DNA of 64,000 nucleotides from Pocillopora damicornis (Eukaryota): NCBI RefSeq assembly GCF_003704095.1, contig NW_020844518.1, positions 1 to 64,000 of the forward strand, read 5' to 3'. Shown piece by piece: positions 41,227 to 54,942 of this stretch (position 1 is its first letter; each line of letters starts with the position of its first letter). The notes under the pieces were generated by a model. It saw only the letters and a program-made list of their open reading frames with translations, ran no database searches and was not told where the DNA came from. The position numbers and the translations under genes were made by a program.

Positions 41227-44200
41227 TTATGAACACATGTTGCACGATTTCTTGCAGTTCTGTTTCACATAGTCGTTAGTGGAACAATATTTGGTCCAAC
41301 CAGGGCAATTCGTGTTTTTGTCTACACAGCTACTGCCACCTATCACAAAAACGATGATGAAATAGATATTAGCTTAAGAAAACCGCAACAGGCCGTTCAT
41401 CGATTCACACAATTTTAAACGTGATATGATAATGCTAAACCGCGCAAACTACAACTTCTCACTGGCGTAAGCCATTGGCCGTGATGCGATTTTGCAAATT
41501 ACAATGGTTTGGCATGGTGTGTACTCTTATTGACAATGATATTCGTCATCACGGCAGTCAAAATATTGTGGACTAACGAGGTCAGTGCGTGACCATTGCG
41601 TGACACGTTGATGCGAGCAGCTACTGTCTGTGCTCTTATCGACAACGACAAATTGGCTAATCACATTACAACACTACCTGAGCATTGCTGACTGTAGAGG
41701 AGATTCATCTGCTTAGCATCTATTTTACTGATGCCTTTTCTCTGACCAATCTTAACCTGTGAAAAAGAAGATATTGACCAAAACCTGATACAAGTCATGT
41801 TAAAATTTGTACAAAACTCACTAATGAGATCAAGATGTATGGCGAATAAAGTAATTCAAATAATCGGGACGCTTGTTGTTTCGACGAACTTTAAATTTCG
41901 AGTCAGTCACTTTAAATGAGGATTCGTTTTAAACGTTTGAACAGAAATACGCGACAGACAGTCATTCGCACGAAAGTTCTCGCGTATTTACTCTTACACT
42001 GCAACAACAACAAAGTGCAAATTCGCCGTTTCTCTATCGTTATTATTAATGCAAACAGTGGGAAAGTTATATCTCTGGTATCATGGGGTTTTGCATCTTG
42101 GGTGCCCCATTTAGGTCAAATCTTAGAGTCTCCTGTTTTAACTTTGTCTACATTACCGATATCCCATGAAAAATTCGCCGCAACTGCAATCTTTATCACT
42201 GTATGGTAATGCTATCTGATAATACGATCAGTAAAAGTAACTTTGAGGCAAAGATTATACTAATTTCATTGAATATTGTATATTAAACAAAGTTTTTGTG
42301 CGACGTACGTTGGATTGTCTAGGAACGATTGTTGGTAATCCGTTTTTGGAAAAAGCTCTTCCTCCATAATGCATCACACTTCCGTAATCATACGGGGTTT
42401 TGAGAGAATCAATTGTGGATTTGGAGTACTTCTTGAAATTGAACTTGTTCTCTGAAAACATAAATGAATAAAGTTTTCGTCATTAGGAAATATTTTTTTA
42501 CAATCAGTATTTATGGTTTCCTTTTTTCCGGGCTCTGCAGTTTTGTGCCACATTTCTTGTGTAGGGAACGACTTTGAAACTGATTAGAGTGAAAGAAGAA
42601 ATCTTGAGAGGCGTAAATTGTTAAGGTTGTTAACGTTTTTAAAACGTATTTAATAATTTGCTTTTTACCCCTATCTTATATTAGGAGTCTTTTATAATGT
42701 ATTTATCAGCTAAAATTCGGGTCTAATAAGGTTCCATTTTGACTAACAAGCTTTACGGATTTCTTGTGGTCTTAAAGGAATCTCCGCGTAATGATTTCAC
42801 TATGCATTTCTTTCCGTTATAAATATGGAACACATGATTATGCCATCTATTCGTGATTACCTTTTGACCACGCTGTCACTTTTATATTGCTTTTTTATCA
42901 CATTGAAAGTAAAGGTTTAATTTTCGTATAACCTAAGGGAAGGGACGCTTTTGAATATTGCTCGAACTAAATACAAAGGGCACAGATTTCTCTCCGAAAG
43001 ATGAACCGCTGTGGCGATACATCACTAGATGGATATATCGAAATCGCAGCAGCAGTATTTCGCTTGACCTATATATCGTGATGACGTGTCCCGCGTTTTA
43101 CATTGCGTCGTTGTAATGGTATTATGCTAAAACGATATTCCCGAGATATCGAGGGAATGTCATAGCGTTCAGCTTTTTAGCGTCTCGGTTCACTTCGCGA
43201 TATATCGCCGTATTTCCGCATTATCTGGTAAGAATAATATTCATCGAAGTGGAGGTGAAAAGTGATAACTTATTTTTATTTTTGAATAATTGTTTTAGTA
43301 AATACCAAACAGACACCTCAGAAACAGTTTATTTGTCTCAATATACCGAAATAATGGTCGGACATTTACTTTTGACGCTCGAATTGCCTCTTCGGCTACT
43401 TGGGGTGAATAGTACTTGCTACTCACTTCCGAAATAGCCAATCAGCGGGCATGAAAAGCAGTATTCACTTTTCTGGTTTTTGCTAAAGCATGATATTCGA
43501 CAATAATTCTTTGTATTACTTTTGCACAGTAATGTGGTTACTTACTCTCGATTATGTTGTCCCACATAATTGTGACGTGGGCATCCCTGTCAGGTCTGGA
43601 TTGTTCATGGTAAAAGCCCAAAGCGTGACCTAGGAAAAGATTTTCGTTTCTTTATCATCGTTGCATGTTTTAATTTGAATTAAAGGAAGTTTGCCTTTTG
43701 CCTAAGTTTGTTATACTTTCTTAGAAATTTTGAAGTCGACACAAGTATCAGTACTCCTACATGGAGCAGTTACCAAACCCTTGCCGCATACACAACAACA
43801 TTATGGTATCAACTTACAATGTTCCTGGCCAAGGTTCGGAATTATACTTCTCGAAAAGTAGTGGCTGTTTCATATCCCGCTTCGTTAACTAACCAAAAAT
43901 GTTATAATACATTATGATATTGTTTTCGTAGCAGGGAATTAATACGCGAAATACAGTCAAACCTGTGTTACGCGGCACCGTATTAGGCGGACATCTTGTA
44001 TAAAGGGGTCATTTGTTAAAGTCCCGAAGTTCTTTCCCCTCAAACAGTGTAATTTCCACCTCTTTTAAGCGGTTGCGACTACCCTTTACTGAGTCCCAAC
44101 GACTTTTTTCCCATTGTCGCCAACCTGTTTTAAACGGTCACTTAAAGCGAAACCAAAGTCAATGCTAATAGTACTTTTGATCGAATTTTTTGTACATTAA

Positions 44201-46111
44201 GTGGTCATTTAGTTTGTGTCACAGCTCAGTTGCCCTGAAAGGCTCCATCCATATTCTATTTTAGAACAAGAACTATTAAGAACAAGACTTATGGATCACC
44301 TACCGATTTCATGGGCGACAATTCCAGTGTACCAACATCCACGAGCAAGGTTAATGTCTTGTTTGCGTCCCGTCCTCCCAACATATGATGAACACCTGGA
44401 AAAAATTTGGAATCAATGGTTCAAATCGTTAGCGCAGCCATATAATTTTCATGAAGTAGCTCTCAATAATCGACCACCATAATGAACTTCAACAACGTGT
44501 CAGAAAATCTCAACACTTCCACGGAATATCACACACCATATCTCGTTAGACTAAACAGGGAACAAGGACGTTTTGCGTCATTTTGTGTCCTCGCAAATGA
44601 CTTTTAAAATAGATTCAAAAACCCAGAAACGTGTTTGCATTTGAAAGGAGAGAATAAGTCACAAAGATGTGAAGGTTGTTAAGGATTGCTTTTTGTATTG
44701 CTTTCTGTTTCGAGATGGAGTTTTCAAATTGGAATTTTCAATTCATTCTTCACCATCGCTTTGCTTTGATTAAAGATTTATATATATATATATATATATA
44801 TATAACTGCAGACAATACTGTTTCGGCCTTCTGGGCCTCATCAGTGCAGTGCTGATGCTAGGATGGAGGTAAGGCTATATAGCCACCCCAAGTGATCTCA
44901 CATATGTGGTATCATCTAAGCCATGCCAGAGTGCTCAAACTAGAAAAACTAGTGAGCATGCATATATATATATATATACACACCCTTTGCCTAGTTTGAA
45001 GTTCGCATAGCTAGACTCCGTTGTTCTCGGCTTGAACTGGATACAAGTGTTCTTTGTCCATTGTTCCATTCCTGCCTTAATCGCCGCCATAGCGCGGGAG
45101 TCACTGGCTGTAATTATGGGTCAGAAGAAAATGTGTATTTTATGTTAAGAAAGGATATTTCTGAATTGTTGCGATTGATCATTGCTCTGGTTTTTTCAGA
45201 ACAGTTATATTGCTTTTACTGCGCTAATCTCTTACCATTTTGTTTGTTTCCTGCTACGGAATGGGGTCGCAATTTATTGAGGAATGATCTCGTTTTTGAA
45301 TAATTGAACTGTCTTTTATCTGGCCCTATTGATAGAACGTTCTGTTCTACTTACTACGTTCAACTTTTCGTTCTACATTTACTTACCACGTGTTTGTTTT
45401 ACCCCACCAATTTACACTCAAACTTATGTCTATCACAATAGATATAACACGTGTGCGACGGACACACCACTATTTGCCACTTTAAAATCGTAAAGGAAGA
45501 ATATGATTTCACACTTCACACTATTTCTCGTTTATTTTTAGAACACACTAATGACGAACTTACAGAGACTAGAGTCAATGACATAGTGCATCACACCACC
45601 AGGCCACTGTCGATTTATAGTGGAGCCTCTTCCAAACGGATTGTCCACATCCAACCCAAGTTCAATCGCCATGCGTTGATCTGGATCTAAGATCATGTCT
45701 CCTTCGTAGACATCTGGATCATCGATGCCGATATTTTCTACAATGGGAAAAAATTGAGGGGACATTGAAATTGAACAATGATGGACCTTCAGAATTTCAG
45801 ATTAACCCGATTGTGAAAATAGTCGCAACACTTCTCGGTCCATCATCGCTATCGTCATGTTGCTGACGGATCTCCGTTTTCGTTTCTCTCAGCACACCGT
45901 AAAGCTTTTACAATTATACTTATTTAAATATATGGTAGAAGCTTTGGATACGTTTTCCGAATAAAGTCATGAATTAAAAACGTCCACAAAACCTTTATAT
46001 TTTTCATACAAAAACTAACTTCCATGCTTGAAAAAACAAAAACTTACCGTCAGCGTTTTCTGATGCAACAAGGACCACTCCAAAAATCAAAATGGTACCA
46101 AGCCACTTCAT
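41227..46111 (-). CDS. Astacin-like metalloprotease gene E with ShKT domain (290 aa)
   Basis: Exons (minus): 46048-46111 ([21 protein letters not shown]), 45564-45737 (YEGDM...[15 protein letters not shown]), 44984-45107, 44304-44395 ([30 protein letters not shown]), 43546-43629 ([16 protein letters not shown]), 42309-42451 (YDYGSVMHY), 41678-41756, 41227-41339 ([36 protein letters not shown]). Total 873 nt in frame. Confidence 0.93.
44779..44978. mobile_element. (TA)n-flanked short insertion carrying a hammerhead motif (Penelope-like / retrozyme fragment)
   Basis: About 160 bp of unique sequence between (TA)n tracts at 44779-44804 and 44962-44978, directly after the exon 3 donor of gene E. 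Confidence 0.65.
44805..44850 (-). ncRNA. Minimal type I hammerhead ribozyme
   Basis: Minus strand ACUGCA-CUGAUGA-GGCC-CAGAA-GGCC-GAAA-CA-GUAU-UGUC^UGCAGU: perfect 6-bp stem I, intact CUGAUGA/GAAA core, 4-bp stem II, short near-palindromic stem III, GUC cleavage triplet. Confidence 0.85.
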
Positions 46112-48168
46112 GGTGATCTTGTTCTAGTTAGAACAGAGTGAAGGGCTCACTCAGAGTGGAGATTTTATGGAAACATTTGTCAACTCACCTGCCCGTAACA
46201 AAAGTCTTCAGTTTGATATTGTTTTCGACTATAAGCAAATTCCTGTTACTGTAGTTGACTCCTCTGTAGCTGTCATTTGTCAATCCACGTTTAAACAGCA
46301 TTTTAAACACTGCATTTCTGTTTTGCATTGTGAGACAAAGTGTAACACTTTATTTCAATTGCTTTTAGCGCGTGATCATCGTACTAGTGCAGTGCGCTGA
46401 AATTACTGGCAAAATCAAACACATTCCTTTGTGCGAGGAAAATGGCACCTGCTACAGCTGAAATATGTCCATTGGGGACTTGGAAAGTCATTGTGAATAC
46501 CCATTAAAAAGAAGTAAGAGAGATAGCCGCAACTCCATTGACATCTTTAGAAATTTGCGCCTTAAAATAATAACCACTTACTTTCCAGGCTACTCAGAAA
46601 ATCATTCGCAATACCCTTACAATATACCCAAACAGGCTTACTTCACCTCAATTGAATAAAATGTATTTGCAAATTTGGACAATTACAGCAATGCATTGTG
46701 TAAGAGTCTGTAAATAATCATGTAAATATCTCAAATTGTTGACTTACTTTACTTTGGACAATACTCTCTCATGGGAAATTTAATTAGTATTCCTTTCGCT
46801 AATTTGAGGCCTTTAAAGAAAAAAGGCAACTTATCAACTTCATCAGGCTTACAAGTTAACATTTGCTTGAATGTCACAGTACTATGCTTCGTTGTCCTAA
46901 ATTTTATATCGTTGAAAAAAATATCTTCAGTCTTTAGCCGCCGTACATTTAAAATCATCATATTTCAACAGCTTAAATCTGTGAAAACTATTCGCCGTGA
47001 ATTTCTTTTCATTGCTTTCGAGTTATTTTCATTTCTTTATCTTTTCTTAGGAAAACAATCGTTGTACATGTTGACACTGGCTAATAATATTTATTTAAAA
47101 GACTTAACTGGTTTTAAAGAAAAAAGGTTCAGGTGAATCTACATTCGTTCCATTTTTACCAGCTTCTCATGCTTAAAATGTTGGAGCATTGAAATTATTG
47201 TACTTAGGTGTACAGTGGGACAATGGAACATTTCGTGATACGAATTTTCTATATCAAAATGAATATACTCATATAATTTTTAGCATGTTAAATTATTTAT
47301 TCGAATACATTTCGTTGGAGGAAAAAACGGTCTTTCCCGAAACGATTCAAATGACATTAAAAGGGAAGCAATACTTTTGGTATTCTTCTGCGTGAAGCCA
47401 CACCTATAACTCCGACCATGTAGCCGCTTCAGTATATATTAGATTTCATTCTCCTCGATGTGAAGGGAAATCGATTCACGTTTTTCTCAGTTTTTCATTC
47501 TTCCTCGCTTTTACGTGCGCGAAAACCAAATTTTGGGTTCGATATTACGATAAACAAATGTGATGACCCAAGAACCTCTGTGTTTCCAAAACAGGAATCG
47601 GACAGGAAAAAGGAATCAGATCTTAGATGAGAACTGACGGCGAACGGTTAACTTGGATTAAGTTCTTGATATCGCCTATTGCTGTAATCAGTCTTTCGAA
47701 AATATAATTTTTAGCGTTGACGGAATTCTTTGGTGTAGGACAAGGGCCGCGTTTTTTCATTCTTGGACAAGCACACCAATTTCATATAAATTTCCTACGA
47801 GGCCAATGTGAAATCACCTATGAATTGTGACTGTTTCATTTCGCATCCCTCCCCTCCCCCCAAAAAAATGCTTACTTACAAAATACAGTGCTTTGAGACT
47901 CTTTATCAGTGTGATCACAATTACGCATTGACTTTTTAGTACGCGACCGAGAAGAAGCAAGGCATCTATGATTCTATTATTCTGTTGCATTTGGTCGTTT
48001 ACTATTTTCATAACCTTCTTGTTTGCTTTGACAACCAGGAATTACTTGCAAATAAAGGTGGGCATGAATGGAATCAAATCAAGTGAGAGCAGCATTTGAG
48101 AGCCAGCTTCCTTTTCGAAGTTGAGAAGAAAAGACATATGGGAATCAAAATGAGGTTTTTCTGCCAGT

Positions 48169-48236
48169 TTTATTCTATTAACCCACTCTCCATAAAGTTA
48201 AACTACAACAGCACTTCCCCGAAAATGGCACATGAC
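48169..48236 (-). other. Predicted non-coding terminal 3'UTR exon of gene F
   Basis: Acceptor gttttcccttgcag at 48237-48238, AATAAA at 48169-48174, donor AAG|GTTACA 17 nt after the stop (49314-49315). Confidence 0.5.
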
Positions 48237-49332
48237 CTGCAAGGGAAAACAGCATTGAATGTTTAGGTATCATTGAGAGCAAAACCAAATAAGTTAAAAT
48301 CGGGTCATGCGCACTTTCAGAAAATATATATGAAAATTTAAGTGAGCTAAATATAAAATTTTCACAAACTATCACTTCTCCTGTTTAGTTTCTTTATAAA
48401 AAAAAAAAGTAAATAAATAAATGGGTAGAATTGTTAACGAGAGAATTTGAAACGCTCGAAAAAGGTTGCAATAGGCTGAGCGTGTTTCCAAACATAGCTA
48501 ACGATGGAGCGCAGGCCTAGGTTTTATTGATCGAACCTCCAGTGTTTTCGCATGGATCGAGCCTCCAGCGTTAGTGATATTTCATTAATCAGGACCCAGA
48601 AAGGCAACTTATTCTGCGCGGAAGTAAATTGTAAGCCAAATTTACGACTGACTGTTTTGTAAAAATAACTTGTTCATCATATATTCAATTTTTTTTCCTC
48701 CTTATGTGGAAATGGTTGAGAGCCAAATGAGCAAAGTTGATACTTAAAGGTACTGTTTTTAATGATCTTGTTGGTAGATTAAAATTTTTTTGAAAGGAAG
48801 ACTCTGGAAATTCAGGAAAGTGTTAGTTTTTCTATCTTGACTAAGTATGTTCCCTTAAAAATTAGCCGAAATAGACCAATTGTGAAATTCACATTTGCAT
48901 AGGAGTACAATCTTACGAAATGCTTAAATTTCTATGCAAGATTTCGTTTACGGTGAGTGATTTGGATTAAATCAAATATCACATTTGAATTTATAAATGT
49001 GATAATTCAGATTTAGAACATTTGAAAGTCCTTTGCCGATGTGGATAATGATTTTAAAATTTTGATCACGGATAATTCATCGGCTCCTCAAGCAGCTTAA
49101 TTATTTTAAATGCAAAACCCTTTCATTCGTGTTATAAATTTCAATGCAAGTCATTCCATTGAGGGTGAAATATTTTCAAACTTCTAAAAACCAATGAGGA
49201 CCAAGCTGGGGGGGTGGGGGAGATTCCATTGAGCATTTCTTCTGACCACGTCGGAGGTGTACAAGAGTTTGTAAGTTCCAAGACTGCTAAAATTTATTTT
49301 AGAATGAATTGTAACCTTTTTTTCGTTGCTGA

Positions 49333-52300
49333 TTAACATAGTTTGCAGGTCTTCTTGCAGTTTGCCCTCACGTATCGGTGATAGCTGCAATATCTCGTCC
49401 ATCCGCTACATCTGTTATCCTTATCTTGACAATTTCCTAAAAGATAACAATGGACGTTTTGTCAGGATAGACACAGCTGTCAAAAGCCTACGTATGGCGC
49501 AAACGTTGAAGTGGCAAGGTTGCTTACTTTAGGGCTGTCAGAACCAAGTTATCTTATAGGAATTATGGGTAACTACGTAAGGCATTATATCACGGTAATT
49601 TAAAGGCGTACACCTTTTTTTGATCAAGATCTAAACAAAATGGTAAATCAATAGAACTCCTTTAATGAAATAAGCTTTGTGTTGGAAAAGTCTCGTTTGC
49701 CTTTTTCATTATTTTTGTATCCCTATATGGACTTATAGATCTGTTTCCATCTTTCTCCAAAATATTGCATGAAAGAAGTATCTTGTAGTACCCATATAAT
49801 TCCGATAATACTATGAAATAAAGCAATTGTTGGATGAGGTTGGACATGATATCATGACTTATCGAAGCTGAAGAATTTACCTGATCCTCTCATCAAGCGC
49901 TGTAATATGCCAATTATCTCTTACTGGCACTTTACCCTCCGTTTCCCCTAAACACTTTGTGACCCCGCCCCCCTAAAATCTTCCAACCCCCACCCGCCAG
50001 TGATAAACAACGAACGGTCTCATATTTTTTTTCATGTTTTTTTTTGGTTGCGCGATGATTGTGTAAGCAATCATTACTACACACCTCCACCTCCCCCTCC
50101 ACCACCAACTCCTCCTCCTCCTCCTCCACACTGGCTCTTGTACAGAAGATTCATCTGCTGTGCGTCTGTTGCACTAATTCCCCGTCGCTGACCAAGTGTT
50201 ACCTGGGAAAATAAAATGATAGAACACAACAAACCAAGACAAAAAAAAGGCTTAACGACAATCAGCGATAGTAATGATCAGAAGCATCCAACATAGTTCT
50301 ATAAGTTATATGCTTCTGTAATTAAGTGAGTATTCATGACATTTGAAAAATGTCTGTGTTACTTGTTTTGGTTAGGTTTTTAAATGTCTGACCATGCACA
50401 CTTCTAAATGGCATTCAAATTCTCTTTACCTGACTGACTAATAGGACGTGCCCTTTACTTTATCTATACCAGTATGAACACATAAAAGAAAATATATTTG
50501 ATGCAGTTCGGTAGATCAAATGTGGAAGTGCCTGCTTGATTTTTTCTCAAACTAGGATTTAAGTATATAAATATGTTTAGGATAATAGATCGTAGGTTCT
50601 GTCTTTCGACGAAAAATGTCATGTTATTTCATAGCACCTTTTGTTTTCAAAATGGAATTATAGATAATTGAATTTAACGAAGCTGCTTAGCTGATGGAAC
50701 GAGCAAACATGTGATCCTTTTGGGAGAGCCTGGAGTTCTTTTTTTCCTCCGAGTATGTCTGTGTCATTCACCGTAAATATCATCATTAAAACATGTATTT
50801 TGTACCATGCCTTGGTAATACAATACATTGTTGTTTTTAAATGTGAGCCGCTTGTAAGTAATGATGCATTGAATTGCAATTCCTTGAACTGATTTTGCCG
50901 TTTTGATATTCATTAATGCAATGGATCGATAGCATCTACACCTAAACTAACCCCTGATTGCTTGGCAACGATGGTAGGTCTTCCGTTCTTGCTGAAAGCC
51001 CTGCTCCCATAATGCATCACACTTCCATAGTCATACTTGGTTCCCAGGCTGTCGATAGTTCCTCGGTTGTATTTGTTGAAATTAAACTTGTTTCCTAAGC
51101 AGAAAAGAAAAATTAAAAAAATCTTGTGAGATAAGGCTACTTCCGTGCTCGTTCCTTTTAATGAATCGGAGTAGGCATTTATCATTTTTATATTCGAGGA
51201 CGTCGATTAAATCAAGCAGTCATTGGACGATGTTGAAAAACCGATGTATTGATAATTATACATTTTTAAAAGCGTTCCACTTCTTTGAGTTTCTCACTAA
51301 GGTTGTAAAATTATGAAAACACTTCATAGACGAGGGGCTTGGAAACTAGCAGGTAATTTAGAGTTAACAACTGAGTTGAAAACGTAAATTGGCCACCGTA
51401 AAGAGAAAAAAAGCTGACTTTTCAAGCGTTAGCCCTTCGTCAGAGCGATTATTGGCCCTTCGTCAGAGCAATTTATTTTTTCAACTCAGTTGTTAACACT
51501 AAATAAATTACCTGCTATACTCTCCCACCGACGCAGCACTACGGTTTCTTTAAAAACTTTCCCCCTTTATTCGCTTAGACATCAGGTCGACTTTGTACTC
51601 AAAATGAGAAATGAAGTATTCGCTGTAGATATTGTATTTATCATGTCAACTTCACACGCTTTATAAACAATAGCCTCTATTTGGCGCTAAAATATGCACA
51701 GATATTTGTTACTGGACATTATTTGTTTCAAACTGTGAACGGTTTTCCAACAGCGAAGCTCGAGGAAAACCGTAAGCATCGAGGAAAAAATAATGTCCAA
51801 CAACAAATATACGAGCTTTTATTCGCACTAAATAGAGGCTTTTTTGTTTATTATCCTTCAAATATTTTGCAAAGAGCGTGAAAAAATGTACGCGATTAGC
51901 TAACTATTTTTTGCGTAAGATTTTTTTTCCTTCAAGTGTCCTCTGGTACGACTTAATGAACAAAGCTATTTTCCTTCTTTTGTAACAACCACAAAATGCT
52001 CTCTCATTTTGAATCAAATTTTAAATGAAGACTTATCGTAGTGGACGTAAGGTTTAAAAAATTGGGGAATGTGACCTAGGTGATATCTTTGGATATACTC
52101 AAGCTTTAGCAGAGGAATATTCAGTCACTTGATGTGTTTAAACCAATAGTGCGCCACTAAAAAATATTTGATGGTTCATAACGTGTATTGATTGAATCCT
52201 CTCAACCAGCCAAGTCTAATATATTATATAACCATTTAATTTCGATGAATTTTTCTTTTGGTGCTTGTGATCTGATGTTGTGATTCTAAACGGACTCGAT

Positions 52301-54942
52301 ATTGCACTTGGTAAATGATAAGCTGTGATTTTATACACACAATGAATTTGTCGGTAGAAGGTATAGTTTGAACCAAGTATCATAATTTGTTATTTTCAAT
52401 CTAACTTAGCACTTACTCTCAATGATGTTGTCCCACATAATTGTGACGTAACTATCTCTGTCAGGACGAGACTGCTCGTGGTAGAAACCCAAGGCATGCC
52501 CTGAAAAGTAAACAAATTCAATTTTAGTCACGTTGTTGTCACTATAACTGGTTGTAGAGGAATGTCCTAGAGTAACTTCTCACGATGTTTGTAGCCAACT
52601 GCAGAGCATATTTCTACGATATCCAACGGATAAGGGTAGAAAAAGAAAAACCGGCTAGACCATCCATCGGACAGGTTTTGGTCCAATGAAAAGTGTTATC
52701 CACCCTTTAAACAGCGGGGGCATGTTTCTGAATTATTATTTTGTTTACTTTACTAACCAATTTCGTGAGCTACAATTCCTCTGTACCAACATCCGCTGGC
52801 GAGATTAATATCTTGACGACTGCCTGTTCTTCCTACGTACGAGGAACATCTGAAAATGACACCAAATAGTAACGTTTCACACTTTTCTATCTGTGTTTTT
52901 TCTGTTATCAACCCCAGTTATCCTAGTTATTACAATGATTAGATTGAATTGAATTGCTGGCTTGTTGATTAATCAATCATTGATTCATAATATCGATGGA
53001 TTGATTAACTGACTGACAGACTGACTGATTAGCCCTTTAAAAACCTTTAGATATGTTTGCAAATTCTCCATACTTTTCTTTATTCGTTATCTGAGGTGCA
53101 AACAATGAAAGAGAATTTGTTTAACACGTAAGATCTTCATAAGTTGGTGATCGTTATTCTCGTGACTTTAACGAGTGCTTCAAGAGTGATATTGTAAGGA
53201 GAAATTAGATGCTTGTCACTCGTAGAGCCAAGGGTTAATCTTAATAGCTGTCGATTGTTTTTTAATGATTGTTTTATCATTTTTTTTTTTCATACATCGT
53301 CTGTTTATTTATTCGTTTTAGTTTTGCACAATCGTGCCTAAGGAATACGAAAATCTGAGCTACTCTTCTTAGTGTTGTTAGGGTCATCTTGCAAGAGTTG
53401 TTAAGATTTTAAAGAGCCCATTACCCAGAGCCAACTTTGAAGTTGGCATAAGCTCGTTCATTTGTCCTCTTCTTGAACCGGATACATGTTTTGCTTGTCC
53501 ATTCCTCCATTCCTTCTCGGATGGCATTCATTGCTCTGGAATTACGAGCTTTATTCATAGAAGTAAAACATGGGCTACATGTAAATGAATTACTACTAAT
53601 GATCGACTGTAAAATAACATTTGATATGTCTTTGATTTAAGTATATGACGGCTTTTTCAACGCCACGAAGTTTTTCCTTTCTCTATAAACCTAAAGTTGA
53701 TAATTAATCAAGATTTCACAGATCTTCCACCTATATACGAGAATTTCGTTGAAACCTTATAAGATGAGAGGGAAAGAAATATAACAACAAATTTATGAAA
53801 GAATGGCTGGATAGAACGTTAGAGACATGAATAATAGAAGCCATACAGTTTTTCATCAGCGATCATGTTTCATATCTTATGAATTTAATAGAATGAAACT
53901 CGTTCCTCCACTTTTTGACCATCTTCTTTCTTCTTATAGAAGGAATTTCTAACAGAATGATAATTTTGTTTTTTTTCTTTTCAATTAATGGCCCGTACAT
54001 TCTTTATATGGCAGTTTTCTTAGGAGTAGCCAAAACACAATACTATTTTCTATTGTAAGCCGCGAGGTTAATGTAACTTGCAATTTTCTCGACCTGATAG
54101 CGAACGCTAATCGTGTAGAAGTTCTAAAATATCAAAATTAATTACATTCTTTGCATTATTTTCCTACAAAAAATTAACACTGGCGTCGCTGGACTAAGAA
54201 ACGAATGTAATGAACCATATACTTACATAGACTGGAGTCAATGACGTAAGCCATCACCCCTCCCGGCCACTGCCTGTTTTTGGTTGAACCTCTCCCCATT
54301 GGATCATCCACATCTAGTCCCATTTCGGCCGCCATGCGCTGATCGGCTGTTAATATCATGTCCCCTTCATAAAGATCGTCACCCTCTACAAGGAACGTTC
54401 GTTTTAGGTTATTTAAACTTCGCGTTCGGTTTTACCCTAATGGGCTTCATTTACGACAAACCGTACTGTTATTTTTAGTATCAAAATACCAATCTGAAAA
54501 TCGTTTACTTTTCACAGCTTATCCATAACAAATTATATCACTTTGACAAAATAAAACAAAACGGCATTTGGGCTCGAGTGATTAAATGCTTTCAGTTTCA
54601 ATAGTATATTTTAATGCTCCACACTAATGCATAACTATTCAAATGACGATTATTTGGAATGAATTACTAAATTACAGATGTAAGTGATATTTTATCTCTT
54701 TTTGTAAGATTTGGAACTCTCGCATTCTGGGGGAAAAACTAAGTACTTTTGAGTCTACATGGTTTATGGCCTTTGGTGACCTTGGTAAATCCCAAAAAAG
54801 GACTTTACAGTGAATAAGAATCTTCCAATCGTATATAAAAAAGTTCTAACAATACTCATAGAGCTAAAATGTGAAATTTTTTACCTTCAGGATTCTTGGC
54901 GAAAACGACTCCGCACAGAACAAAAAGGCAAAGCCACTTCAT
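49333..54942 (-). CDS. Astacin-like metalloprotease gene F with poly-Gly linker and ShKT domain (293 aa)
   Basis: Exons (minus): 54885-54942 ([19 protein letters not shown]), 54227-54385 (YEGDM...[15 protein letters not shown]), 53425-53548, 52758-52849 ([30 protein letters not shown]), 52417-52500 ([16 protein letters not shown]), 50952-51094 (YDYGSVMHY), 50085-50202 (...[17 protein letters not shown]), 49333-49436 ([33 protein letters not shown]). Total 882 nt in frame. Confidence 0.93.
51333..51570. mobile_element. Penelope-like remnant with inverted arms enclosing a degenerate hammerhead motif (gene F intron 5)
   Basis: Arms agcaggtaattta..gttaacaactgagttgaaaa (about 51348-51382) and ttttcaactcagttgttaac...aattacctgct (about 51478-51516). 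Minus-strand GCU CUGACGA AGGGC UAAC GCUU GAAA AGUC AGC at 51413-51446, with a second partial core at about 51455-51469. Confidence 0.65.

Noticed and set aside
49881-49899. 19-nt micro-exon (AG...GT bounded) in gene F intron 7
   Set aside because: Inclusion would frameshift the ShKT exon, and exon 7 already joins the ShKT exon in phase
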